A stretch of DNA of 64,000 nucleotides, from NCBI GenBank assembly GCA_037447605.1, contig CM074808.1, positions 682,001-746,000 of the forward strand. The letters run 5' to 3'. Below are positions 13,112 through 24,000 of this stretch, in pieces. Made by a program: the position numbers and the translations under genes. The stretch's first letter is position 1. Each line of letters starts with the position of its first letter. The DNA comes from Zygnema circumcarinatum SAG 698-1b. Taxonomy: Eukaryota > Plantae > Zygnematophyceae. The notes below the pieces were generated by a model that had not been told where the DNA came from, made no database searches, and worked only from the letters and a program-made list of their open reading frames with translations.

Positions 13112-14783
13112 CTCTCTGCGCCATTGTTACATGCTCGGTGGTGTCGCTTCCTCGCAAACACGAACCTTTCCCCCTTTCACCCTCGCGCTCTTCCTCAAAA
13201 TGCTGATTTGGATGCGATTCAGCATGCACGAAACGATGTGCAAAGAATGAAAAGCAGTTTGTTTTAGAACAGCTTAGGCATGTGCTGGTAAAGAGCTGAT
13301 TACAGCTGCAACCCGGCTCGGATGAATCTGTCTGTCGCTCTTCAACCGTGACTACATCGTCGAGAGTGCCTCTTCTGTGAACGTTCTGTAACCGAACTAT
13401 GAATGTCAGGGATTATTGACCGGATTGCATCCTTTCTCTATCCGAAATTCACTTCAAGATCGTTTGGGCTGTGCCGCAGGTACTTGCTACCTTTTCTCAA
13501 TTGACCAGTGCGGTTTTTCAAACCCGACCGCAACAAAGATGGAAGATTTTGATGCCACTGCAACGGACACCTACTCCTTCCAGTCATGCCATGTGACTGT
13601 TGCATCGCCTGTTGCTTCACCTCCACCTCCACCTCCTCGCCCCCCTCCACCTGTTCTTGCTCTTCCGTCCTCGCCTCCACCTGCCCCAGCCACTCTCTCC
13701 CCACCTCCCAGGCCTCCTCCTCTTAGTCAGCCTCCACCTCCCCCAGTCCCTCTCTCCTCCCCACCTCCCAGGCTTCCTCCTCCTAGCCAGCCTCCACCCC
13801 CTCCTTCTGTCCTTAATCCACTCCTTCCTTCTCTTTCGTTGTCGCCCCCACCTCCCGCAGTCACTGTCCCCTCCCCACCCCCCCCTCCGCTTGTCCTTAC
13901 TCCACTCCTTCCCGTTCCTCCTATCACGGGCCCGTATTTGCCGCCATCAGCAGTTGGAGTCACTGCATCGCCCCCTCCCATTAAGGCACCTCCCCCGCCG
14001 GGAGTGAAGGGGGATCCCCACTTTGCTGGATGGGATGGTGTGCATTTCGACTTCACAGGGCGACCCGGCAAAAGTTACTGTCTCCTCACGGATGACCGTG
14101 TACACATCAACATGTATCTGCAAGGCTATGTCGAGAAGATTAATGGCACGGAGGAGACTCACACATGGATCAAGGGCCTTGGCATCCTGGCAACTAATCA
14201 CAAGCTGGCACTATACGCCCGGGACGGCCCAGAAGTAGCGAGAGGAACCGGCTACATGAAAAGAATGGAGGCGGACGGAAAGCCGTTTGAGTTGAAAGAA
14301 GGAGAGTCGTACAGTACAGAGGATGGGGTTTTGACGATCACGTACGTGGGCCACCGCATGGATGCGGACGATGACATCGATGTTTATGATGTTACTGTTG
14401 ACGGCGCTATCAAATTCGTCCTCAAAATGCGACCAGAAATACCCGTTATGCGCCTTCCGGACAACGCGTGGGTCCACTTCTCCATGGAGGTTATGGAGGA
14501 GCAGCTTTCGGAGGCGCCCCATGGCATTTTAGGTCAGACGCTGTGGAACCTGCACAACCCGGAGCAGGCCCCTGAAGGCTACCCGGTGCAGTACAGCGGC
14601 ATCCTGTGGGCGTGGCAGGTTGCGGGAATGGACGGTGAGCGGTACATCCAAGGGAAGCCGCGCGACTACATGACGAGCGATGTGCTCTCACCAGACTGCA
14701 GGTTTTCTCGGCTGGAGGGCGCAACTAAAGGGGGTATCGGCGTGTTTTCGACTAGATGCACTCGGAAAGCCCTAATCTGCTAG
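12674..14783 (+). CDS. Secreted cell-wall/ECM protein: signal peptide + PAN/Apple-like domain + extensin-like Ser-Pro(n) linker + GDPH (root-cap/VWD-like) domain, ~556 aa
   Basis: Exon 1 (12674-13040) gives MGTFKAGPAFVGILLLVSYSIVPAYA...DQCCALCTNNVDCDYFSW. Intron 13041-13479 is GTGAGT...GCAG. Exon 2 (13480-14783) gives GTCYLF, many SPPPP blocks, then GDPHFAGWDGVHFDFTGRPGKSYCLLTDDRVHIN...HGILGQT. The two exons total 1671 nt, in frame. Confidence 0.85.
13046..13115. repeat. (CT)n microsatellite in an intron
   Basis: Direct sequence. Confidence 0.9.
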
Positions 14784-15843
14784 TATGAAGGAGTAACTGC
14801 GTAGAAGTGTAGATACGGGTAAAGAGGAATTTATATGTTTTTGGCTATCTAGGCTGCTGCATGGCTGCATCGGCCAGAGGATGACACCTAGAAGCTTTCA
14901 ATTGATGGCATCAACTACAGGGAAAGGGTTTCCACTGGACAACATAAGTTGTGTAGAAGGTTCGATGCAAAAAAGGGGTATCTAAACTCGGTCTACTCGG
15001 AGGTTTTGACGCCGAACAGGAAAGCCATGCAGAGGGCAGAGTTCGGCCAAGGGGAATGGCAGGAAGTAGCATGGAAGCATCCTGCCCTGTGATGTAAACT
15101 TATTTTTTAACCTAATAATTCAGTGCACACTCTTGTTTCTATCTCTGGACATTGAAATGTCAGCAGAGGTCATACTGGAAGCCCTGCATCCATGTCTCAC
15201 AATGTTGAAAGAGTTATGCTCTTTCTGATGCATGCACTTGAGCCATGGGGTCACTTGAGTGGCCGTGAAAAAAATCGTACCAAGTTAGATTCTCCCTTTG
15301 GTTGATCTTGATAATGTTTGGTATGGAATGAATGTCTTCATTGATCTGCTAGCAAGCACTTCGGAGATTATGTGGACCAAAATTTGTATAAACCGGGAGC
15401 AGAGCCAAGCATGTCAAACGAGCAGTGATGACTTGAACAAGACAGAATCCCTTGCTTGAATCAAACCCGCCCGACCTCGGGAAAGCGCTGCTATATTTGA
15501 TGGCGCCATGGATGCAATCGCGGATGTTGTACAGCACGAATGGTGGTTGCAACATTGACCCCATACACAAGTGCATGCAACAACAACTTGGGCGGTTGCT
15601 TTGGGTCATGATGCTGCTTGCTATCTTCCCCACAACCTTGCCAGAAACGCCACGGTGATGTGTGCGCATCGGAACAGTCCATGCCGCCGGCAATATGAGC
15701 AACCACCGGAGTCTGATGTTGGGCCATGAGTGCCTCCCCGCCATGTACTGTTTCAGGCACTGGACTTCCGCAGGACTCATGTTTGGTATCGAGGAAGGAA
15801 GCTCCAATGAAGCACGTGCATGGACACCTTGGCTCAATGGCGA

Positions 15844-15891
<48 letters not shown>
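15844..15891. repeat. (GGGCAT)8 microsatellite
   Basis: Direct sequence; it produces the MPMPMP/MGMGMG/AWAWAW runs in the ORF track. Confidence 0.9.
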
Positions 15892-15977
15892 TCGGAGGGA
15901 TCCTAGTAACGATCCATCCTCGTCTCCCAAGCGTTGTTTCCCATGAACAAACTTCACAACTTCAACCTTTATTCTCT

Positions 15978-16380
15978 GGAAAATGATACTTCGGCCCCCC
16001 TTTTGGGTTATCCCGCCCCATTTTTTTTGAAATCCCGCCCTCCCATTTTGGCTATTCCGCCCTCTGTTTTGGATATTCCGCCCTTCCCCATTTTGGATAT
16101 TCACCCCCCTGTTTTCTCCTTCTCACACATCAGCGCAACGTCCGCAACGCGTGGTTCGTTATCAGAAATTGAAGAGTAAGGACACATTCGCAGAGAGAGA
16201 GCAGAGCAGAGGAGAGAGCAGAGGAGAGAAAACAGAGGAGAGAGAGCAGAAGAGAGAGAGTGAGAGAGCAGAGGAGAGAGCAGAGGAGAGAGAGCAGAGG
16301 AGAGAGAGAGGGAGAGAGAGAGCAGAGGAAAGAGAGCAGAGGAGAGAGAGAGGGAGAGAGAGAGAGCAGAGGAAAGAGAG

Positions 16381-16412
<32 letters not shown>

Positions 16413-16618
16413 CAAAGGAGAGAGCAGAAGAGAGAGAGAGTAGAGAGAGAGCAGAGGGGGGAGAGAGAGAGAGAGCAAGGGGGAGAGCAGAGGAGGGTTA
16501 TCTCCCGACATATCCAAAATGGGTTGGGGGGGGGGGGGGGGAATAGCCAAAATGGGAGGGCGGGATTTCAAAAAAGGGGGGGGGGTAACCAGAAAATGGG
16601 GGCGAAGTATCATTTTCC
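15978..16618. mobile_element. Non-autonomous Mutator-like (MULE/MITE) element with ~130-bp TIRs around a GA-rich core
   Basis: The left end GGAAAATGATACTTCG and right end CGAAGTATCATTTTCC are inverted. Inner arm segments also invert (ttttgaaatcccgccctcccattttggctattcc / ggaatagccaaaatgggagggcgggatttcaaaa). The 9-bp flanks TTATTCTCT / TTTTTCTCT differ by one base, consistent with a TSD. Confidence 0.75.
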
Positions 16619-16846
16619 TTTTTCTCTGTCTAGAATGGACATGTGAGTGCAGCAACTTCGGCTTGGCGGCGCCCCACAAACCTGGAAACTGGGGAACCGA
16701 CCACGTACGAAATCGCGCCATGTCAGACAATCCTCGTCGCCATTCATTCGGTTTTTCCATCCGTTTGACCGTACCGTACGGCTTCACGCATGGCTGCCGC
16801 ATAGCCACGTCACCATCTTGTTATGCTGAGCCCAATAGGCAGCCTC

Positions 16847-17698
16847 CACGTGTCGCTCGTGCCATGCGCGTCGGACAAGGTTCTAGATCCACTTTGCCGG
16901 GTGGTGACTCGTGATTGGTGGATCCGGGTTGACCTTTTTTGGCAGTTGAACGGATAAAGCGCGTCCGCGCGTGCTGTGCCGTACAGTGGACCTGAGTCAA
17001 GATAACACCAGGCTCACGACTGGCGATTGGCCGCATCCACGTGGCCGCCCGATACACCCTCTGATTGGTCGACAGCCACTGCAGAGATTCTCCGGGACGT
17101 GTCCACAGCCGGCCACGTCATCCACTCGCAACGGGCACATGACTCGGTATGGAGCTCCGTTGCGTTTCAACGTTTAACAGAACAATGCTTAAACAGCGAG
17201 TAGCCCGTTCCGTGTGGATAGCAGCGTTTTCGAGGACGTTTGGCGCTCAGGACGCGCCACGTGGCCGGCTCCCTCCGTGCACCTGCCAAGGCCTTGGACT
17301 TCTCCCTCCGGGCCAAAGGGGACCCAGCGACCGTACAGTGGGGGTTGGACCAATCACAAGCGACCATGTCGGACAGCGTGCACACGTGGCAGGCTTTGAT
17401 TGGCGGTTGCCGACCAGGGAAGACTTGCAGGGGGGCGCCTTACAGAAGTCGTTCGCCTGTGCATGTGCTGTCGTCCTGCAGCTGGTTGCTGGCAGGATTC
17501 CAAGAATAGGGCAAATTTCTGCCGCAGATGACAGTATCCATCGGAGGATTAGAACCGCAATCATGCATTGATGCATTCATGCATGAATTGTGATGTTTTT
17601 CGTATTTGAAAGGAATTCTACTGCCTCGTTACGCTGTTTATTGGAACTCCAATAAGCGCATGATACGCTGCACACACCGTGCATTGTCATGCATGCAT
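16847..17698 (+). promoter_or_regulatory. G-box/ABRE cluster plus RY repeats upstream of KEA3
   Basis: CACGTG at 16847, 17038, 17258 and 17383; CATGCA at 17562; CATGCATG at 17578 and 17688. The ATG is at 17776. Confidence 0.45.
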
Positions 17699-17775
17699 CT
17701 GCATTGTTGGTCCCCAGAGTTTGCTCTGTAACTAGGCCCGAACCTTCCGCTGCAGAGAAGCGTTGAGATTTCGCC

Positions 17776-20700
17776 ATGGCTGCCAACTGTCAAGCCTCAT
17801 CATGTGTGTTCTCTCTCACTCCTTTCCGGCACCTCCCACTTCCTTCCTCCTCTTCCGTCGTGGCCCTAATGTCGCCGCATTCCTCTCCCTCCCCCCTCCC
17901 TCCCCCCACTTCAAGAGCACCACACAATTTCCGGTCGTCCCATGCACTTGTTGCTCCAATATGTACATCTGCGCTCTTACAGCGCAGAAATGGAGGCAGC
18001 TTACAGCCATGGCGGAGGAAAGGAGTTGGACAGGGCCTTCTAGGGCTAGGGGCAAAGCCTTGGCTGGACAGAAGAAGGAAGAAAGCCGCGAACCCGAGGC
18101 AGAGTGAAGGAAGAGGAGCAGTGAAAGTGTCTGCATTGGGACAGGGTCCGGAGCTGGGTAATGCGCTGGAAGTAATAAACAATCTAGGGCTGGATGCATT
18201 AACTTTTTTAGTGGCGACCGTTCTTGTTATTCCTGCGTTTAAGGCTTTGAAAGCCAGTCCGGTGAGTTAAGCTCGAGAAGCCCTCATTATTTTTTTTTCA
18301 GTTTCTAGTTTTCCTACGTGAGTCAGACGATTTACAGATTGCTGCTTCTGCCCGCTAACCATTCAAAATTTTCCTTATCAAATCACTCTGACGTTTTAGT
18401 GGTACATCTATCAAGGCCGAGATGTGCAGTGGCGGTGCTAGTGGCAATGCGATTGATCACATGTGTATTGGATCCTCAGCGCTTTCAATTAACATGTTTG
18501 TATCGCCCCTCTTATTGTCGGAACTTATCAATCTGATTGGAGAATCTGATTCAGGAAGGTCGAGACTTCAAGTCTCGTTCGTGTTTCTGTGTCTGTGATA
18601 AGTTGCAGTGCCCGGTCTAATTTCGGTTTGAGTTCGTGGAGGGAATTTCAAAACTGAAAACGGTAGTGTTTGTTGTGTTGGCTACAATCACCGTTGGACA
18701 GATTCTGGGTTTTCTCTTATCTGGAGTCGTTCTGAGCCAATTCGGGCTTATTCGGAACGTGACGGATGTCAAGGCGCTTTCGGAATTAGGCATTTTGTTT
18801 TTGGTGAGTTGTCTTTTTAAAAAATCGAACCTTTCAGTGGTTTATGAAATTAAACTCTGTCCAGACATGCATTAAGGAAGCAAACAACCACAACGAGTCT
18901 TGTGAGAGGCTTTGAAATTCCTGGACACATGCCACTTGTAACTTCGCTTCGCTTTTTTTTGGAAACCACGTATACAATGGTAATTGACTTTGAGGTGGAG
19001 GCGCTTTACTCTGATCCCACACTCCTCCTGTGTAAATCGAAGGAGCAGGAATTGAAACTGTTTTACGGGGGAGAAACTCTGAAAAGCCACCTCTGAAGTA
19101 CGCGAGTTACAAAATGTGATAGTTAATTCTATTGTTACTTACTCTCCACTGTATATAAAAGGACATGGAAACCGCTGGGGGTCACCGAAGGATCCACTGA
19201 GTACTGCTTGCGTCATGTTCATACGGCTCGATATCCACTGTGCTATTAGGGCAGCTCATTTAACATCAGAAGAGTGTTATAAGAGCTGGTTCATCAAGAA
19301 ATAAGCTCTCAGACTACTAAACATTGGATTATACCGTTTGACAAAGTTTTAGTCACAGCAGCAGATCCGATAGATTTTGATCAGTTTCATTCACAGAAGT
19401 TTAACAAAGCTTCCAAAACAGGGAATCTCTAGCTGAGTGCGTACGGACGAGAAGCAGCTAGACGACAGCTTTACCTAGCTTGGCTAGAAAATGAAGCTTC
19501 ACTGACAATGTTTACACAGTACATTTCCACAACATCATTATAAGTAGGAGATTAGTCCTGAATATTCCGTCCAGCATACCCTCATCAAGGTAGATGCTTG
19601 CTGCGATTTTTCATCGCTTCCTTTTGGGAACAACAACTGGATTCACAAATTTCCAGCAGGGAAAGAATTCCAAAACTCTTCGCCTACTGGAAAGGGTTTG
19701 GAGATCTCTGACAGCTAGTAAATGTTTTCTCGTCCTATCTACTACGAGTACAACCGTATCGGACTTCATCTCACGAAGTAGATCGTTATGCACACATCAA
19801 CTTTTCGGTTTAATAGCGAAGTCCTAAACGCCTCACACTTCAATCTTGTGAAAAGCTTCAGGAATAGCAAACGCTGCAAGCATTTTGCTATTGTCCGGAA
19901 CATGACCGGAGCGGTAACCAACGCACATGTTATCTAATCAGTGCAGCTTTTCAGATTCTCCTGAAAGAGAAGAGTGGGAGGGCAGATAGCAGGGACTGTC
20001 GAAGGTTTTTAAGGCTTTGAAATGACGTTACGAAACGCAGGCTGCAGAAAGAAGAGGCAGGTTACTGTAGACAGGCTTCAGACGATCATTAACTAAAGAA
20101 CTTTGCAGTTCACCCTTGTGAGCGAGTAGGACATCTCTCCTACTCTTTGCGTATGCATGCACGTACTATAAGGGAGGTTACCAAAGATAATGGAGTACAC
20201 CTCTGAGTACTCTTTGGTACGCATGTGGCACCACTACATGTTTGCAGGGGGTGTCTTCTCTTCAGGGCACACCAGAGAAACTATTTCCTTTATTGTGCCC
20301 TTTTGAGCGGAACTGGCAGCCTAGCTTGGCCCGCCTGTAACCCCCCAAGTATCACTCAGTTCTTTCTTTATTTCTTAGATGATTGCCTTACTATATATTT
20401 GGAGCTTCTCCTTGGCAGTTTAGGGTCTCGGACCTCAGTATCTCCTGATCCTAGGGTGTTCCCAACTGCCGAAAACAGTCCAAATGGAAAGTCCACTGCA
20501 GTTGGCTTGACCTGACAGTGGCTGGGTGCCCGAGTGGGTTTTGGTGTCCTGCAGCTTTTTGAGATGGGCTTAGAACTCTCGCTCGCCCGTCTAAAAGCGT
20601 TAGCGAAATTTGCCTTCGGTATCGGTCTTCCTCAGGTGATTGCCTCTTTCCCTCTTCGTCTGATCTTTTCTCATGTCTCTTAGATAGCCTGCCACACGGA

Positions 20701-21029
20701 ATCCTTTTGCATTTTTTGCAGACCTTAACTTTCATGCACAACCTACAAATTGATATAGTTTAGGCTCACAATCACCTACTAGACATTTATAGTCGACCAT
20801 CCCTCTAAGTCAACACCCCGTTAATGGTGTCTGTTTCATTATTCTGGGGGTTATTGGAGCCTCTAGGCTTGATGTGAACCGGAACGTTACTCGTGCAGGT
20901 GGTGCTGACAACATTTGCATTCTTCCTTTTTGAGATTCCACCGGGTGATGCCCTTGGAACTCGACTGCTGGAGTTTTTCTTCAACTCTCGGCCCGATCTG
21001 GTATTGTTGTTCCCGGCCTTTCTCCTTCT

Positions 21030-21061
<32 letters not shown>

Positions 21062-24000
21062 AACTGTCTTCAAACGATCAAATGTGGGTTTGTCGAGGGC
21101 TGGTCAAGTGGTATAGGTTTCGTTTAGTGATTTCACCATACGCAACGGATTATCTCCTTAAGGCCATTAAAGCAGCAAACAATGCGGAGCAATCTCGGCC
21201 GAATGTTTTAGATAAAGGGAGGATGCGAGTTGGGCATTCATCTTCAATGCATTCATCTTCAATGCCTTTTTCCCTTTTTGGATCTTCGCACGGGTTTTTT
21301 GTTGGGTTTCTGCTACCTGAGCTCGCCAGGAAGGACCATTGTGACTTATAGGCTAAACCTTAAAAACTGCAGTACATCTCAGGCATAGTCAGGAAGAAAA
21401 CCAGAAAGCTGATAAGAGTATGGCAGAATATGGCAAACGGTCGCACTTGTGGGACATTCATGAAGCAATTGCCTGTTCTCTGTATCCCGATTCGACAGAT
21501 CAATACTCGCTCCATCGATGAGGCAGTTGTCATTGGCGCAGCCCTGTCACTCTCGTCTTCGGCTTTTGTGCTGCAGGTTGGTGGAATTGCTGCTTAGGAG
21601 GTTTTTTTTTCTGTGCTGTTCGACGTTTTCACTGTCTTTGGTGAATGTTTTAGAAACTGTCTACTTGAAGATGTCTGCCCTTCACGCTTTCATGGGAGCG
21701 TTGTGCAGCTGCTGGCAGAAAGGGGAGAGTTGCCTACTCGCTTCGGGTCTGCCACGTTAGGTATTCTCCTTCTTCAGGTATGCCACTCCTAAATTCACAT
21801 GCAATTAATACATGTTGTGGGTTTCCCAATTCTGCAGCTCACATACAAGGATGACTTTTTTGTGCGGATTCCACAAGATACCAGGCCTTCGCTCTAAATT
21901 TCAACGCAACTTGACACATTATGATAATCCGCATGTCTTGCATGACTTATGACTCAGCGTTTCTTCTGGCGACCTTTGCGCAGGACATTGTTGTGGTCCC
22001 GCTGCTTGTCATCCTTCCGATTCTTGAAACAGGGGTAAGCTCTGCAATGAAGCATGCCCGCTACTCCGTTAGGTTGGATGATGAGTGTCTGAATATGTAA
22101 ATTAGCAATTCAATTCAATTGGCAATTCATTTGCATTTGGGGGAGCTTCTCACGCAGGACTTTACAGACAACACCATGTTTCCCCTCCTCGCCGCCGCCG
22201 GCCTGAAGGCACTTCTCGGCCTCGGCCTGCTCTTGCTTGCGGGACGCTTGCTGCTCCGCCGCTTCTTTGAGGTAAGCCACTTGTGACTCTGCCATAGCAG
22301 ACAGTAGATTGCTCTGCAGGGCGACAATGAAAGGGAAAGGTTTCGAGGTCGAGACTTGCAATTTCCAGGGGAAGTAGCGAGTGTCGGAGGTGAGGAGAGG
22401 AGAGCAGGAAAGAAGGAAAGGCGCGAAGAGAGAAATGGGGGAGTTTGAACGAGATGTGGGGAAAATGAAAAATGCAAGGGAAGGAAACGTGGAATGAATG
22501 AGAAGATTGAAAACGATAGAGAAAAGGAGATGAAGTAAATCAATTGAAGAATGATAGATCGTGGGGGAGGGGCGGGGTGGGGGGAAAGAGGTTGGTGTCG
22601 TTATGAGAGGAAAACTATTGAGTGAAGAAAGGAAAGTCTTCGGTTTAGCTCAGCCACATGTGATTCAACCCTCTACTTAGAGATGATGTTTATTGCACAG
22701 GTTGTGGCAGAGTCACGCAGTCCGGAAGCCTTTGTTGCGCTCTGCCTGCTCACTGTCACTGGGACAGCTCTTCTCACGGAGAAGCTCGGCTTCAGTGATT
22801 CGGTACATGCCATACCCACGAAAGACTGCATGCATTTTTCCACTTCGCCCATGGGCTTTGAGTCTGCTTGGCCTGCGGAGAGTGAGGGAACTGATTTGAG
22901 GCATGTCTCAAACTAAACTAACTTTGCTACTAACTTTTGCTGGAGGGGTTGGGCAGCTTGGAGCGTTTCTTGCAGGAGCACTTCTTGCAGAGACAAACTA
23001 CCGCACGCAGGTGGAAGCTGACATTCGGCCATTCCGTGGGCTGTTGCTCGGGCTATTCTTCGTCACTACCGGCACATCCATCGATTTCGCGGTCAGCAAT
23101 TTCCCTCCTTTTCCGTCCCCATTATTGCTTTTGTTTGAGCAGCGATTCGAGAACGAGAGGGTTTCTTCAGTTCACTTGAAGCTCACACACTTTTATATGA
23201 AATTTGTTTTCGTGCAGCTGCTAGTGAAGGAGTGGCCCAACATTCTTGCCCTTTTGGGAGGCCTTATTGCAATCAAGACTGCCATCATTACGGCTTTGGG
23301 TCCGAGAGCAGGACTTCCACTGTCGGAGAGTATTCGGATTGGTCTCCTTCTTTCACAGGGAGGAGAGTTTGCCTTCGTGGTGTTCTCCTTAGCTAACCAG
23401 TGAGTTTATTCTACCAAAACTGACATATGCACGTGTCCCTTCATAATGGTAGGACTTAGAAACCTTGAACCTTGAAACCCTCTAAGGCATGAGTGAGGGT
23501 CGCACTGGGGATTTTACAGGCTCGGCGTGCTACCCATTGACCTGAGTCGTCTTCTCATCATTGTGGTGGTGCTGTCTATGGCGTTAACGCCGCTGTTGGA
23601 TTCGGTTGGACGGCGAATCGCAAAGAGTTTGGAAGCCTTTGAGGATGGGGGCAATCGAGAGGAGGTGAGGAGAAAAACGCTGCTTTCAAGTTGACCGAGA
23701 TTAGCGAATTATGGGTTCGCAGCTCCTATTACTTGAGCCTCATATGCTTGACCACATGGCAATGCAGAAATCCACAACGGAATCGCTGGGAGCTCACAAC
23801 TTTGAGGCAGCAGAACCGGTGGTCATTATTGGATTCGGACAGATGGCGCAGGTGGGCTGAGAGTTACAGCTCATCATTAACATTTAGGTTTAGGCTGTTT
23901 GACATTTTTTGGTTTGATAGAACTGCTCTGGGCTGCTCTGTTGCTTTCTCTTCAATGGCCTTACCGCATCACGAACCAAAAAGGTATGGAGAAAAAAATA

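Noticed and set aside
15349-16104. 251-aa minus-strand ORF as a hAT/MULE transposase remnant
   Set aside because: Only vague W/G/P spacing resemblance and no recognisable DDE or dimerisation motif. The 5' part is TIR and GGGCAT repeat sequence. A tBLASTn/HMM search against Repbase or Dfam would decide.
16101-16808. RE-rich and SL-rich ORFs here, and similar ones at 38092, 56177 and 61599
   Set aside because: GA/CT microsatellite artefacts.
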